Virus record (IMG/VR): IMGVR_UViG_3300031774_000001
DNA from: a virus
Strand: one strand, 5' to 3'
DNA length: 64,000 nt
Below, piece after piece: positions 38,769-48,467 of this stretch (position 1 is its first letter; each line of letters starts with the position of its first letter). The position numbers were made by a program, and so were the translations under genes. The notes under the pieces were generated by a model. That model saw nothing but the letters and a program-made list of their open reading frames with translations. It ran no database searches and was not told the origin of the DNA.

Positions 38769-39323
38769 ATGGCAAATATATTTGAACCACTAAAAGACAG
38801 GCAAGCAGGTGTACTAAAGTCAGCATCCTGGTATAGGAATGCAGTACAAAGTATAGCAAATAAAGCAACTGCTACTGGTCTTATGCGACAAGGTAAACTG
38901 AATAGTAGACCTAGTGCTGGACGTTTGAATATGTATTTTTACGACCCTAAAACTAAAAAGAAATTACCATACTATGATACATTTCCATTAGTTTTACCAG
39001 TAGATACATTTAGAGGCGGTTTTGTTGGATTAAATTTTCATTATTTACCATACATAATGAGATTTAGATTATTACAAGAAATACAAAGATATGCTAGTAA
39101 TACGCAGTTTGATAGTACAACAAAAATAATGGCAACGTATTCTACACTTAAAAATATACCTTTGATTAAACCAACAATTAAGAAATATTTGTGGCGACAC
39201 ATAAGGTCAAACTTTTTAAGAGTAGACGCAGATGAAATGGCGATGGCAGTATATCTACCAGTACAACAATTTAAAAAGGCAACAGCTAGTCAAGTTTTTG
39301 CTGATAGTAGGAGAGCAATCTGA
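38769..39323 (+). CDS. 2: DNA end protector gp2
   Basis: YDPKTK..LPYYD.FPL, GLNFHYL, KKYL. Confidence 0.9.
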   Translation: MANIFEPLKDRQAGVLKSASWYRNAVQSIANKATATGLMRQGKLNSRPSAGRLNMYFYDPKTKKKLPYYDTFPLVLPVDTFRGGFVGLNFHYLPYIMRFRLLQEIQRYASNTQFDSTTKIMATYSTLKNIPLIKPTIKKYLWRHIRSNFLRVDADEMAMAVYLPVQQFKKATASQVFADSRRAI

Positions 39324-39329
39324 TAAGAA

Positions 39330-39467
39330 ATGGCAAAGAGAACATTATGGAGAGTTATGATAGTAAAGTTAAGAATGTGGTACGCTGACGTTAGGGGTCA
39401 TCACGGACATAAATGGAACTACGAACCATCCGAGCATTATATGGGTAGAAACAAAAACAGGAAATAG
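39330..39467 (+). CDS. 45-aa His/Trp-rich small protein
   Basis: RMWYADVRGHHGHKWNYEPSEHYMG; fills the gap; not in the ORF track. Confidence 0.55.
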   Translation: MAKRTLWRVMIVKLRMWYADVRGHHGHKWNYEPSEHYMGRNKNRK

Positions 39468-39469
39468 AT

Positions 39470-40411
39470 ATGGCAATATTTAGAGCAGGTAAACGTATCG
39501 GTAATATGGACATAAGAGTTGGTCTACCGAGAGATAGAACATTAGATAATGTTGAAGGCGATAAAAGATTAAAAAGACAACCTGGAACCAATCCACAAAC
39601 ATCTATTGGTAGATTTGTGTCTGAAATTAATAGAGGCGAAGGTATTGCTAGAGCAAATAGATTTTTAATTAGATTATATCCACCTAAACAAGTTTATTCT
39701 ACTGACTTTGATAGAGTAGATACATTACAATCAAACGATATGATAAAAAATGTTGAGTTGATGTGTACGTCTGTTGCATTACCTCATAGGGATGTATTAA
39801 CAGAAAATTTTGTAACTTATGGTCCAGGTAGAAAAATGCCATATGCATATGGTTATGGATCAAAAATTGAATGTATGTTTATGGGAGATAAGTTTTTAAG
39901 ACAAAGAGCATTTTTTGAAACTTGGCAAGGTAAAATGCATAGTCTTGATACACACAATTTACAATACTATGATAATTACATAGGGTCTATGGAAATTTAT
40001 CAGTTAGGACAATATAGAGAAACAGACCAAGATACAGGCTATAGTGATAACTATAGATTGACTTATGGTGTAAGATTGCACGAAGTATATCCAGAAACAA
40101 TTGGAGAGATACAGTATCAATCACTAACAGATGATCCAATACCTATGGACATACCTATAAGTTTTGCATTTAGAACTTGGGAGAATATAACATTAGACGC
40201 ATTAAATAATGTTAAATTTGGACAAGGAGTACCAGATATGCCTAACATTAAACCTGCTAAGAACTATGGTATATTTGGAGGCATATTAGGTAAAATGCCA
40301 CCAGAGATTAAAAGAGCAAGTAAACAAGTTATTGAGAAAATTAGAAGAGATATTCCAATTGGTAAGAGTACAGGAGGCAGGGTATATCCACCATTTGTGA
40401 TAAATAAGTAA
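39470..40411 (+). CDS. Tail-tube-like baseplate protein (gp54-like)
   Basis: ARANRF, C.SV.LP, FFE.W, YYDNY, EVYP; T4-like synteny. Confidence 0.75.
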   Translation: MAIFRAGKRIGNMDIRVGLPRDRTLDNVEGDKRLKRQPGTNPQTSIGRFVSEINRGEGIARANRFLIRLYPPKQVYSTDFDRVDTLQSNDMIKNVELMCTSVALPHRDVLTENFVTYGPGRKMPYAYGYGSKIECMFMGDKFLRQRAFFETWQGKMHSLDTHNLQYYDNYIGSMEIYQLGQYRETDQDTGYSDNYRLTYGVRLHEVYPETIGEIQYQSLTDDPIPMDIPISFAFRTWENITLDALNNVKFGQGVPDMPNIKPAKNYGIFGGILGKMPPEIKRASKQVIEKIRRDIPIGKSTGGRVYPPFVINK

Positions 40412-40432
40412 TATAATATAAAGGAGTAAATT

Positions 40433-41173
40433 ATGGCATTGCCTATATTAGAAACAGCGACATATGAATTGACATTACCATCTAAAGATGTTAAAGTGAA
40501 ATTCAGACCTTTCCTTGTAAAAGAGGAAAAGATATTGCTACAAGCATTAGAGTCAGATAACAATAAAGAAATGGTTACGGCTTTAAAACAAATAGTACAC
40601 GCTTGTACTTTTGGTTCTGTAGATATCAATACACTACCTATATTTGATGTAGAGTATATATTTTTACAGATAAGGTCAAAATCAGTTGGTGAAATAACAA
40701 AACTTAAATTGTTATGTCCTGATGATAAGAAAACTTATGCAGAAGTAGAAATTGATTTATCTAAAGTGGAAGTCCACGTAGATGAAGACCATACTAATAA
40801 TATTGTGGTTGATGAGGATAAAAAGATAGGGTTGATTATGAGTTATCCTACCATTAATTCCGTTGATCCTGAAAATGTTGGTAAAAAGAATATGAAAACC
40901 AAGCAGATGTTTGAATTGCTAGCCAATTCAGTATATCAAGTGTATGAAGGCGACAAAATACACGCTGTTGGTGATTATACTAAAGCAGAATTGCATAAAT
41001 TTTTAGAGAGTTTAGACAGTAAAGCATACAAGAAAATCAATGATTTCTTTGATAGTATGCCTAAACTTAAGCAAGACGTAGAATTAGAGAATCCTAAAAC
41101 GAAAGTTAAGACAACGCTTACGTTATCTGGATTACAGGATTTTTTCGTATTGCCCTCTCTCACGAATCGTTAG
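40433..41173 (+). CDS. 26: Baseplate hub assembly protein gp26
   Basis: MALP, RPFLVKEEK.LL, FDVEYIFLQIR.KSVGE, FFDSMPKL, GLQDFF. Confidence 0.9.
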   Translation: MALPILETATYELTLPSKDVKVKFRPFLVKEEKILLQALESDNNKEMVTALKQIVHACTFGSVDINTLPIFDVEYIFLQIRSKSVGEITKLKLLCPDDKKTYAEVEIDLSKVEVHVDEDHTNNIVVDEDKKIGLIMSYPTINSVDPENVGKKNMKTKQMFELLANSVYQVYEGDKIHAVGDYTKAELHKFLESLDSKAYKKINDFFDSMPKLKQDVELENPKTKVKTTLTLSGLQDFFVLPSLTNR

Positions 41174-41340
41174 AGAATTATTATCAGGTGAATTTTGCAT
41201 TAATGCAACATCATAAATATTCATTGACTGAATTGGAGAATATGGTGCCTTGGGAGAGGGAAATATATGTGAATTTGTTATCCAATCATATCAAAGAAGA
41301 AAATGATAGGATTAGGTTAAAGAATGCAGGACAAAAATAA
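41140..41340 (+). CDS. 51: Baseplate hub assembly catalyst gp51 (probably reached by -1 frameshift from gp26; first ATG 41203)
   Basis: LENYYQVNFALMQHHKYSLTELENMVPWEREIYV in the -1 frame; not in the ORF track. Confidence 0.8.
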   Translation, partial: FFRIALSHESLENYYQVNFALMQHHKYSLTELENMVPWEREIYVNLLSNHIKEENDRIRLKNAGQK

Positions 41341-41348
41341 AGGAAGTT

Positions 41349-41672
41349 ATGGCAGACGATTTAATAAAAGTAAAAAAGACTACGGAAGAGTATGAAGTAG
41401 CAAAGAGTGATTTGATACCTGAAGAAGGTGATGACGCTCCTACAATAACAAATAAAATTGCAGGTCTATTAGACAAATTTAGGGTTATACCTAGACTGGT
41501 GATGTTGGCGTATATCTATGCCTTCTATAAATCAGTAACTTGGTTTATGCAATTACCAGACCCAACCAATTCACAAGCAATGTACATATCAACGATAGTT
41601 GGTGCTGGTGCAGCCTTCTTTGGATTATATGTTGGCAAACCAGGTGCAAAGATACCTAAAATTAAAAAATAA
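41349..41672 (+). CDS. Two-TM membrane protein (holin-like topology)
   Basis: RVIPRL, WFM.L..PT..Q, GAGAAFFGLY. Confidence 0.65.
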   Translation: MADDLIKVKKTTEEYEVAKSDLIPEEGDDAPTITNKIAGLLDKFRVIPRLVMLAYIYAFYKSVTWFMQLPDPTNSQAMYISTIVGAGAAFFGLYVGKPGAKIPKIKK

Positions 41673-41680
41673 GGAGAGTT

Positions 41681-42133
41681 ATGGCAAAAGATAGAATAGA
41701 TATATCAAGTGAATCCGCTGTAAGTATGCCTATGAAGAATCTTTTGGCTATAATCTCAGCCGTCGCTGTTGGCGTATGGGCTTATTTTGGAGTGATTGAG
41801 CGATTGAACAAACTGGAGACCAATACAACATTATTAGAAAAAGATTTAACACAAGCAGAAGCAGCCTTAACTGCTGATATAGATAAGAACAACGAATTTA
41901 GAATCAAATGGCCGAGAGGTGATTTAGGATCACCACCTGCTGATTCTGAGCAATTTATGTTAATAGAATTTTTGAGTGGTCAAGTAGAGTCCATACAAAA
42001 AGATTTACAGAATATGATGAACAATGCAGTTAATATTGAGAGATTGCAGAAAGATATGGAAAAGGTTTTAGCTGACGTAGAAAAATTAAAAGATAAAATA
42101 AGAAGTGTCAAAAACGGACACTCGGGAGAGTAA
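41681..42133 (+). CDS. TM plus coiled-coil protein
   Basis: SD AAGGAG; PMKNLL..I..V.VGVWAYFG. Confidence 0.7.
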   Translation: MAKDRIDISSESAVSMPMKNLLAIISAVAVGVWAYFGVIERLNKLETNTTLLEKDLTQAEAALTADIDKNNEFRIKWPRGDLGSPPADSEQFMLIEFLSGQVESIQKDLQNMMNNAVNIERLQKDMEKVLADVEKLKDKIRSVKNGHSGE

Positions 42134-42135
42134 AT

Positions 42136-42435
42136 ATGGACGCAACAACATTAATTACCATTATAACTATGTTTATTGTAACCGATACCTCAAGCGAATT
42201 CGTTAAGTACGATGGATTAATGGATTGCTTGAAAGAGAAGAGAGCAATAGAAAAGTTAAAAGATGGTCGTAGAGTTATTTGTGGTCCTTCTTTAGCAGAA
42301 GTTGACGCAGATGGCAATATAATTAGTATCAAAAACAAAATGCCTGACCAATCAGGTAGTTTGAAACTAGGTGGTACTGCTAAATCATTATCTGAAAAGA
42401 AAAAAGAAAAGAAAACTAAAGTATTAACGAAATAG
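42136..42435 (+). CDS. Hypothetical protein
   Basis: GL.DCL..KR motif, similar to CLKTKR in 43529..44011. Confidence 0.6.
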   Translation: MDATTLITIITMFIVTDTSSEFVKYDGLMDCLKEKRAIEKLKDGRRVICGPSLAEVDADGNIISIKNKMPDQSGSLKLGGTAKSLSEKKKEKKTKVLTK

Positions 42436-42443
42436 GATAAATT

Positions 42444-43520
42444 ATGAAACTTAATTTTAAAAAGAATATTCAAAATATCATTGGTGTTTTGATGTTAGCC
42501 GCTGTGTTATTAGCAGTTGCTTTTACTAGTAATAGTAATAAAGGTTCAAAAGTTGTAGTAGAAAAAGAAATAGGTTTACTTCAACAAGTGAAAGAGAGAG
42601 GATATATTATATGTGGAGTTAATGCTAACTTACCAGGATTTTCTGCTCAAGACGAGAGTGGAACTTGGAGTGGTTTAGATGTTGATTTCTGTAAGGCAGT
42701 ATCCGCTGCTATATTTGGTGACTCAAGTAAAGTAGAATTTGTAGGATTAAATGCTGCTCAAAGATTTCCAACATTAGCGTCAGGTAATATTGATGTACTT
42801 GCAAGAAACACAACGTGGACAATCAGTCGTGATGTTAACTTGATGTTTGAATTTGCAGGAGTTAACTATTATGATGGACAAGGGTTTTTAATACCAACAG
42901 AATTAGGAATTAAAAGTGCTAAAGGTTTAGATGGTGCGTTTGTATGTATTACAAAAGAAACTACAAGTGAATTAAATCTAAATGATTATTTTGCAGAAAA
43001 CAATATGGCATATAGACCAATATATGTTGAAGGTAATAAAGAAGCAAAAGCAAAACTATTTGGTGGTGAGTGTGATGTATTCACAACAGACGCCTCTGGT
43101 TTAGCAAGTGCTAGGTCTGGTGCAGAAGATCCAAGTAAATGGATGGTATTACCAGAAATTATATCTAAAGAACCTTTAGGTCCACTTGTAAGACAAGGCG
43201 ACCAAGAGTGGGAAGATGTAATTAGATGGACACATTTTATTATGGTTAATGCTGAAGAAGCAGGTATCACTAGTAAAAATGTTGATGAAATGTTAACTGC
43301 TAAATCAAAAGAAGTTAAAAGAATATTAGGTGTTGAAGGTTATATCGGTCCTATGTTAGGGTTAGGTATGAAATTTGGTTATAACATTATCAAACAAGTA
43401 GGAAACTATGGTGAATCATTTGAGAGAAATGTAGGACCTAATACTCCACTTGCATTAGAACGAGGATTAAATAATCTTTGGAAGAACGGTGGCGTAATGT
43501 ACGTACCACCTATTAGATAG
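42444..43520 (+). CDS. aapJ: General L-amino-acid ABC transporter substrate-binding protein (AapJ/BztA family)
   Basis: G.DVDFC.AV.AA, RNTTWT.SRD, YYDGQGF, TDAS.L, ISKEPLGP.VRQGD, VGNYGE.FERN, YVPPIR. Confidence 0.92.
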   Translation: MKLNFKKNIQNIIGVLMLAAVLLAVAFTSNSNKGSKVVVEKEIGLLQQVKERGYIICGVNANLPGFSAQDESGTWSGLDVDFCKAVSAAIFGDSSKVEFVGLNAAQRFPTLASGNIDVLARNTTWTISRDVNLMFEFAGVNYYDGQGFLIPTELGIKSAKGLDGAFVCITKETTSELNLNDYFAENNMAYRPIYVEGNKEAKAKLFGGECDVFTTDASGLASARSGAEDPSKWMVLPEIISKEPLGPLVRQGDQEWEDVIRWTHFIMVNAEEAGITSKNVDEMLTAKSKEVKRILGVEGYIGPMLGLGMKFGYNIIKQVGNYGESFERNVGPNTPLALERGLNNLWKNGGVMYVPPIR

Positions 43521-43528
43521 GGAGAAAT

Positions 43529-44011
43529 ATGTTTAAAACATTAATAGACAAAATAGGTTTTAAGAACGGCGATACTAAATGGTTATTAAAGATTTTAGGT
43601 GCTATATTTGCTATTGCAATAATATTTGGAGTTTTCTTACATAATCAAGCAAAAGCAGATTGTACAGGTTGCGGAGATGATGGACACCAACAATGTCCAC
43701 TAGAAGCAGGTGAACACGCACACGATCCAGAAGTAGTATTTGCAGTATGTGTATTTTCAGATGGTCAATTAATAGACCATAAAGGTGCAGATAATATGTC
43801 CGATTGCTTAAAAACAAAAAGAGAAGTTGAGAAAAAGTGGAGAAATAGAGCAGAAGGTACAGATAGCGTAGAGATTAATGGTATCACGTATCAAATACAC
43901 GGTGACTCATTAGCATTTATGTGTGATTTAGTTGACGCTCAAGTACATCATTACGAAGACGGCAGTTGGGAAATAGTAGAGATACTAGGCAAACATAAAA
44001 AAGAAGAGTAA
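43529..44011 (+). CDS. Membrane-anchored Cys/His-rich protein
   Basis: TM segment, CTGCGDDGHQQC, HAHD. Confidence 0.65.
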   Translation: MFKTLIDKIGFKNGDTKWLLKILGAIFAIAIIFGVFLHNQAKADCTGCGDDGHQQCPLEAGEHAHDPEVVFAVCVFSDGQLIDHKGADNMSDCLKTKREVEKKWRNRAEGTDSVEINGITYQIHGDSLAFMCDLVDAQVHHYEDGSWEIVEILGKHKKEE

Positions 44012-44014
44012 TCA

Positions 44015-45904
44015 ATGGCAGAATCTATGGTAGTTGCCGACAACGTAGAGTTGGTCGCTAATAATATACAGAATAAAGTTGGTGCAACATTGCTTGGTAC
44101 TAGAGCAATGGCAGAAGACACTACTAAAGAAGTTAGTGAAACATCTATAGGTGTATTAGACCAGATTAAAACTTTTCAAGAGGCAACTGTTCAAAAAGTA
44201 CACGCTGTTTGGGAAATATTAAAATCACAATTAGATTTACAAAAAGACGCTGAACGTAGAGCAAGGGAAAATGAAAAAGAACTTGCCCTTGAAAGAGGTG
44301 GTGCAGGTGGTGGCGCAGGCACACTTACTGGTCTTAAAGGTGCAGTTGATGACGCAGGAGAAGGTTTTGGTTCAAGATTAAAAGACCAATTACTAGGTGC
44401 AGGTACAGCTTTATTTACTATGGCAGGATTAAAATCCTTTGCAGGTAAGATATTCAAAGCAGGTTTGTTTTTAATGTTGGCTGATTTGGCAGGTGACGCT
44501 TTAATTGACCATTTTGATGTAGAAGACCCTGCTGTTAAAGAACAAATTAAATTAGGATTACCAACTGCTGCTGTTTTATTTGGATTATTAAAATTTAGAA
44601 CTGCTATTATGGCAATAATACCTGCTATGGTTGCTATGGCATTATGGTCTCTTACAGATTTTATAACAGGTGATAAAGTTGCCGCTGAATATAATGGTTT
44701 TGATTGGGGTAAAGTTGCATTAACAGGTCCAGCATTATTGTTAACTGCTAAAATGTTTGGATTACTTGGTACTGCTGCTGGTGGTGCATTAACTATTGGT
44801 GGTTTAATAGTGGGTTGGCCTGTTGTTATTGCCGCTTCATTAGCAATTGCATTAGCGGCTGGTATGGGATATTTAACTAGTAAAGTTGGTCAAACTCAAC
44901 AATTAATGTTAGACCATTTAGAAGATATACATAAACTCACGCAAGATGAATTTAATAGAAGATTAGTAGAAGAAAAATCTAAATTTTTACAAAGATTAAG
45001 TCCTGCATTATATAAATGGTTTGGTGGAGATACTACTATGCTACAAGAAGTTGAAGGTGCTACAGAAGCAATGGCAGACAAAGCTGAATCTAAAGAAGGA
45101 AAAGTTTCTAAAAAAGAAGTAGACGATACTTTGGCAACAGGTGATAAATTACTTATGTCAATGGCCTCAGCAGAATTTAAAGAAGAGGCAATGTATGATG
45201 AACACAAATTAGATTATATAAGAGAAATTGCTACAAATTTATTGAGAACAGCTGCGTCAGGTAAAGTATCGCAAGAAGACGCAGACGCAATGACACTTCA
45301 AGCTAAATCAATGTTTGACCAAGTTGAGGTATTAGCGGCAGAAATATATCAAGAAAAAGGAAAAGACGCCCCTAAACATATAAGAAAAATAGCTCTTAAA
45401 GAAGACTATAAAGGTATGAGTATTGATCCTTTGGAAAGAGACCGAGAGCATAAACTTAAAATGGCTGATTTAGAAAATATTAAATCAGCTCACGAAGCAG
45501 AAATAGCGAGATTGGATGCATTAAAAGAAGATTCTCCTGACGAATATGGAAAAGAAGAAAAAGCAAAACATAAAGTAGCTGTAAAAGCATTATCAGGAAT
45601 TGAATCAGAAATACGACAATTACGACATAACAGAATCTTTTCAGATGAAGATAAATTGACAATAGACAAATTATATCAAATAATTTCACCAGAGTTAGGG
45701 TCACAATTGTTGGAAGAAGGATTAAAAGATAAAAAAGTTAATTTAAAAGATATCAATAAGTTAATTCAAGAAAAAAGTGAATCAAAATTTAAAGACCAAA
45801 TGCATTGGTCACAAAAGGTAAGCAATGTAAAAGCTGATACTATTGCAGTTGGCATTCATAACAAAGGTGTAAAAATTGACAATACAGATTTTAGGATTAA
45901 TTAA
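44015..45904 (+). CDS. Tape-measure/baseplate hub-like protein (gp29 position)
   Basis: Long helical protein with Gly/Ala-rich hydrophobic middle, downstream of gp26/51. Confidence 0.55.
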   Translation: MAESMVVADNVELVANNIQNKVGATLLGTRAMAEDTTKEVSETSIGVLDQIKTFQEATVQKVHAVWEILKSQLDLQKDAERRARENEKELALERGGAGGGAGTLTGLKGAVDDAGEGFGSRLKDQLLGAGTALFTMAGLKSFAGKIFKAGLFLMLADLAGDALIDHFDVEDPAVKEQIKLGLPTAAVLFGLLKFRTAIMAIIPAMVAMALWSLTDFITGDKVAAEYNGFDWGKVALTGPALLLTAKMFGLLGTAAGGALTIGGLIVGWPVVIAASLAIALAAGMGYLTSKVGQTQQLMLDHLEDIHKLTQDEFNRRLVEEKSKFLQRLSPALYKWFGGDTTMLQEVEGATEAMADKAESKEGKVSKKEVDDTLATGDKLLMSMASAEFKEEAMYDEHKLDYIREIATNLLRTAASGKVSQEDADAMTLQAKSMFDQVEVLAAEIYQEKGKDAPKHIRKIALKEDYKGMSIDPLERDREHKLKMADLENIKSAHEAEIARLDALKEDSPDEYGKEEKAKHKVAVKALSGIESEIRQLRHNRIFSDEDKLTIDKLYQIISPELGSQLLEEGLKDKKVNLKDINKLIQEKSESKFKDQMHWSQKVSNVKADTIAVGIHNKGVKIDNTDFRIN

Positions 45905-46213
45905 ATGATAACAATATTAGAAAACGCAAAAAATAGATTAGCAGAATTAAAAGAAAAACATAGTAAGAACTATGTTAGACTATCTGTAAAGGGTGGTGGT
46001 TGTGCTGGTTTTGGTTATGACTGGTCATTTGAAGACACAGCAAAAGATGATGATTTAGTTGTTGATGATACGTTGTTAGTAGATAAAAGTTTTGAATTGT
46101 ATTTACTAGGTATGCAATTGGATTATAAGAACGATATATTTGGTGCAAACTTTGTATTCAACAACCCAAAAGCTAAATCTAGTTGTGGGTGTGGCACATC
46201 ATTTTCTATTTAA
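45905..46213 (+). CDS. A-type Fe-S carrier (IscA/HesB family)
   Basis: VKGGGCAGF.Y, NP.AKSSCGCGTSF. Confidence 0.93.
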   Translation: MITILENAKNRLAELKEKHSKNYVRLSVKGGGCAGFGYDWSFEDTAKDDDLVVDDTLLVDKSFELYLLGMQLDYKNDIFGANFVFNNPKAKSSCGCGTSFSI

Positions 46214-46637
46214 ATCCTAATTCTTTTTCAGTAATCAATTTAAATTCCATACTATTATTTACACAATAAGCTTTTGCCGCTGACCATTTTGCTTTATTTT
46301 TGATATAGTTAAATGACTCACGCATATAAGATTTAGTTTTTAATTTAGGTTTTTTAGGTTTGACACATTGTCTTGATGGTTTAATTTCAATCATATACTT
46401 TTTATTTTTAGTTGTCTTGATAACAAAGTCTGGAAAGTATCTATGGAATTTCTTATCTAATGGATTATAGTATCTGATAGGCAATTCTTCACTTGCCCAA
46501 ACTAATATGTCAGGATTTAGGTCGCAATAACGCATAAACCTACGCTCTAATAGTGACCTATACACTATCATATTTGGGTTGCCTACATATTTTCTAGGGT
46601 ATGTTGGTCTGTATATTCCTTTGTAACTCTTCTTCAT
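46206..46637 (-). CDS. 4: Head completion nuclease gp4
   Basis: KY.G...IVYRS..E, W.SEE, HRYFPDF, IEIKP, N.AKW.AA. Confidence 0.9.
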   Translation of the reverse strand: MKKSYKGIYRPTYPRKYVGNPNMIVYRSLLERRFMRYCDLNPDILVWASEELPIRYYNPLDKKFHRYFPDFVIKTTKNKKYMIEIKPSRQCVKPKKPKLKTKSYMRESFNYIKNKAKWSAAKAYCVNNSMEFKLITEKELGFK

Positions 46638-46654
46638 AAACTACCTATAAATCA

Positions 46655-46676
46655 TATAAATATAATAGTATTTATA
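46655..46676. promoter_or_regulatory. Overlapping late promoters on both strands (gp48 on +, gp4 on -)
   Basis: TATAAATA 46655-46662 and TATTTATA 46669-46676. Confidence 0.8.
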
Positions 46677-46688
46677 ACAAGGATCAAA

Positions 46689-47927
46689 ATGGGACACGTA
46701 TCAGGACATAAAAGAAGTATAAGACTAGGCACTTACTTAAAAAATGCAGTAAGCAATGCTAAAAGATTTGTGGTTAATAAGTATGTAGGAAACATAAGTC
46801 CCTCAGCTCTTATTAGTAATTTTGGTTCAACAGCTATAAATTCAGTAAATACCGATCCAGTCAATAAATTATTAAAGAAATCACCATTTGAGATTAATCA
46901 AGATAGAAGAAGTTTAAAGCATAGAGACCCTTTAGGTTTTAAACATTTACAATATCCAACAGATTTAACTGGTAATGAACACGGTAATTGGATACTATTT
47001 TTCCCAATTACATCAAACGTTGGTGATAATCCAGCAGACCATCCAGATTTTAAATTAGCAGAAAGTATGGGAATGCCAAAACCAACTAAATTTGTTGAAG
47101 AAGGAGATTTAGAAGAATCTAATATAAATGAAGTTGCTAGTGATGAGATAAGAGAACAATATAAAAAAAGAGGCATTGAATTACCTAGAATGGTTAAAAC
47201 AAATACTACATTAGCGGGTACTGAATATAATAGTAAAGATATTGTATCAGGTGCAATTGCATTATATATGCCACCAAATATTAAAGTAAGTTATGGTGCA
47301 GAATGGGGACCAGAAGATATGGGAATTTCAGGAGATATAGCAAATGCTTTTAATGCTATTCAAACAAGTGATAAAGAAGGTATGGAACTAGTGACTGAAA
47401 CATTAAGACACGGTACAGGTATAACATTACAAAAAATGAAAGAAGGTCTATCAAATGTAACATCAGGTGCAGGTATGGGTGATTGGGCAAAACTATTAGG
47501 TAAAGGTGTAGGATTAGCAATTAACAATCACGCTGAAATGTTTTATGAAGGTCCACAATTTAGAAGTTTTGATTATTCATTTAGATTTTGGCCTAGAAAT
47601 CCAGATGAAGTAAAAACAATACAAGATATAATTTTAATGTTTAAATGGCATATGCATCCTGAAAGAAATACTAAAGCTTGGCACGCAGGTCGTATGTTTG
47701 AATATCCTTCAGAATTTGAAATACATTATTTGCATAGAAGTGGTGTTAATGAAAGTTTAAATAAAATATCAAGATGTGCTTTAACAAAATGTGATATAAG
47801 TTATACACCATCTGAATCAAATAATTTTAAAACTTTTGAAGATTTTTCACCAGTTACATATCAAGTTGATTTGGCATTTAAAGAATTAGAATATATGACT
47901 AAAGATAAAATTGGACAAGGATTCTAA
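46689..47927 (+). CDS. 48: Baseplate tail tube cap gp48
   Basis: L.YP, I.LYMP, FR.F.YSF.F.P....E, YPSEF, L.F.ELE. Confidence 0.85.
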   Translation: MGHVSGHKRSIRLGTYLKNAVSNAKRFVVNKYVGNISPSALISNFGSTAINSVNTDPVNKLLKKSPFEINQDRRSLKHRDPLGFKHLQYPTDLTGNEHGNWILFFPITSNVGDNPADHPDFKLAESMGMPKPTKFVEEGDLEESNINEVASDEIREQYKKRGIELPRMVKTNTTLAGTEYNSKDIVSGAIALYMPPNIKVSYGAEWGPEDMGISGDIANAFNAIQTSDKEGMELVTETLRHGTGITLQKMKEGLSNVTSGAGMGDWAKLLGKGVGLAINNHAEMFYEGPQFRSFDYSFRFWPRNPDEVKTIQDIILMFKWHMHPERNTKAWHAGRMFEYPSEFEIHYLHRSGVNESLNKISRCALTKCDISYTPSESNNFKTFEDFSPVTYQVDLAFKELEYMTKDKIGQGF

Positions 47928-48466
47928 TGTCAAGATATTTTGAACAGTTTCCATTAATGTTATACGATATTAAGGCAAATGGTTATTATAAACTAGTGCC
48001 TGATATATTTCGTAGAATTAAAACAAGAGATAAAATAAAAAATAACATAACAATATTAGATGTTTATGATGTTGAAGATGGAGAGAAACCAGAACACGTA
48101 GCATATAAAGTATACGGTGATACAAATTATTTTTGGGTTGTGTGTATGATAAACAATATTGAAAATGTTTATTATGATTGGCCGTTGTCAAATATGCAAT
48201 TTGAAAGTTTTTTAAAAGACAAATACGTTAATGTTGACGCAGTACATCATTATGAAAAGATACAATCAAGTGGACCTCAAATAGGTGATGGACCTGATGA
48301 TTATTCTCATATGATAGAATGCAATTCAACAGATTCAGGCGCAGGTCCTGTTACCAATTATGAATATGAAAGAAGATTATTAGACAAGAAAAGACAAATT
48401 AAAATAGTTAGTCCACAATATCTTGATTTGTTTTTACAAGAATTTAAAACATTGATTAAACAATGA
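47927..48466 (+). CDS. 53: Baseplate wedge gp53
   Basis: YF..FP, GEKPE.VA.KVYG...YFWVV...N.I....DWP, VHHYE, TNYEYE. Confidence 0.9.
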   Translation: MSRYFEQFPLMLYDIKANGYYKLVPDIFRRIKTRDKIKNNITILDVYDVEDGEKPEHVAYKVYGDTNYFWVVCMINNIENVYYDWPLSNMQFESFLKDKYVNVDAVHHYEKIQSSGPQIGDGPDDYSHMIECNSTDSGAGPVTNYEYERRLLDKKRQIKIVSPQYLDLFLQEFKTLIKQ

Positions 48467-48467
48467 T

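Noticed and set aside
46206-46637. TnsA-like transposase
   Set aside because: Motifs and position (divergent from gp48/53) identify T4 gp4; no transposon ends
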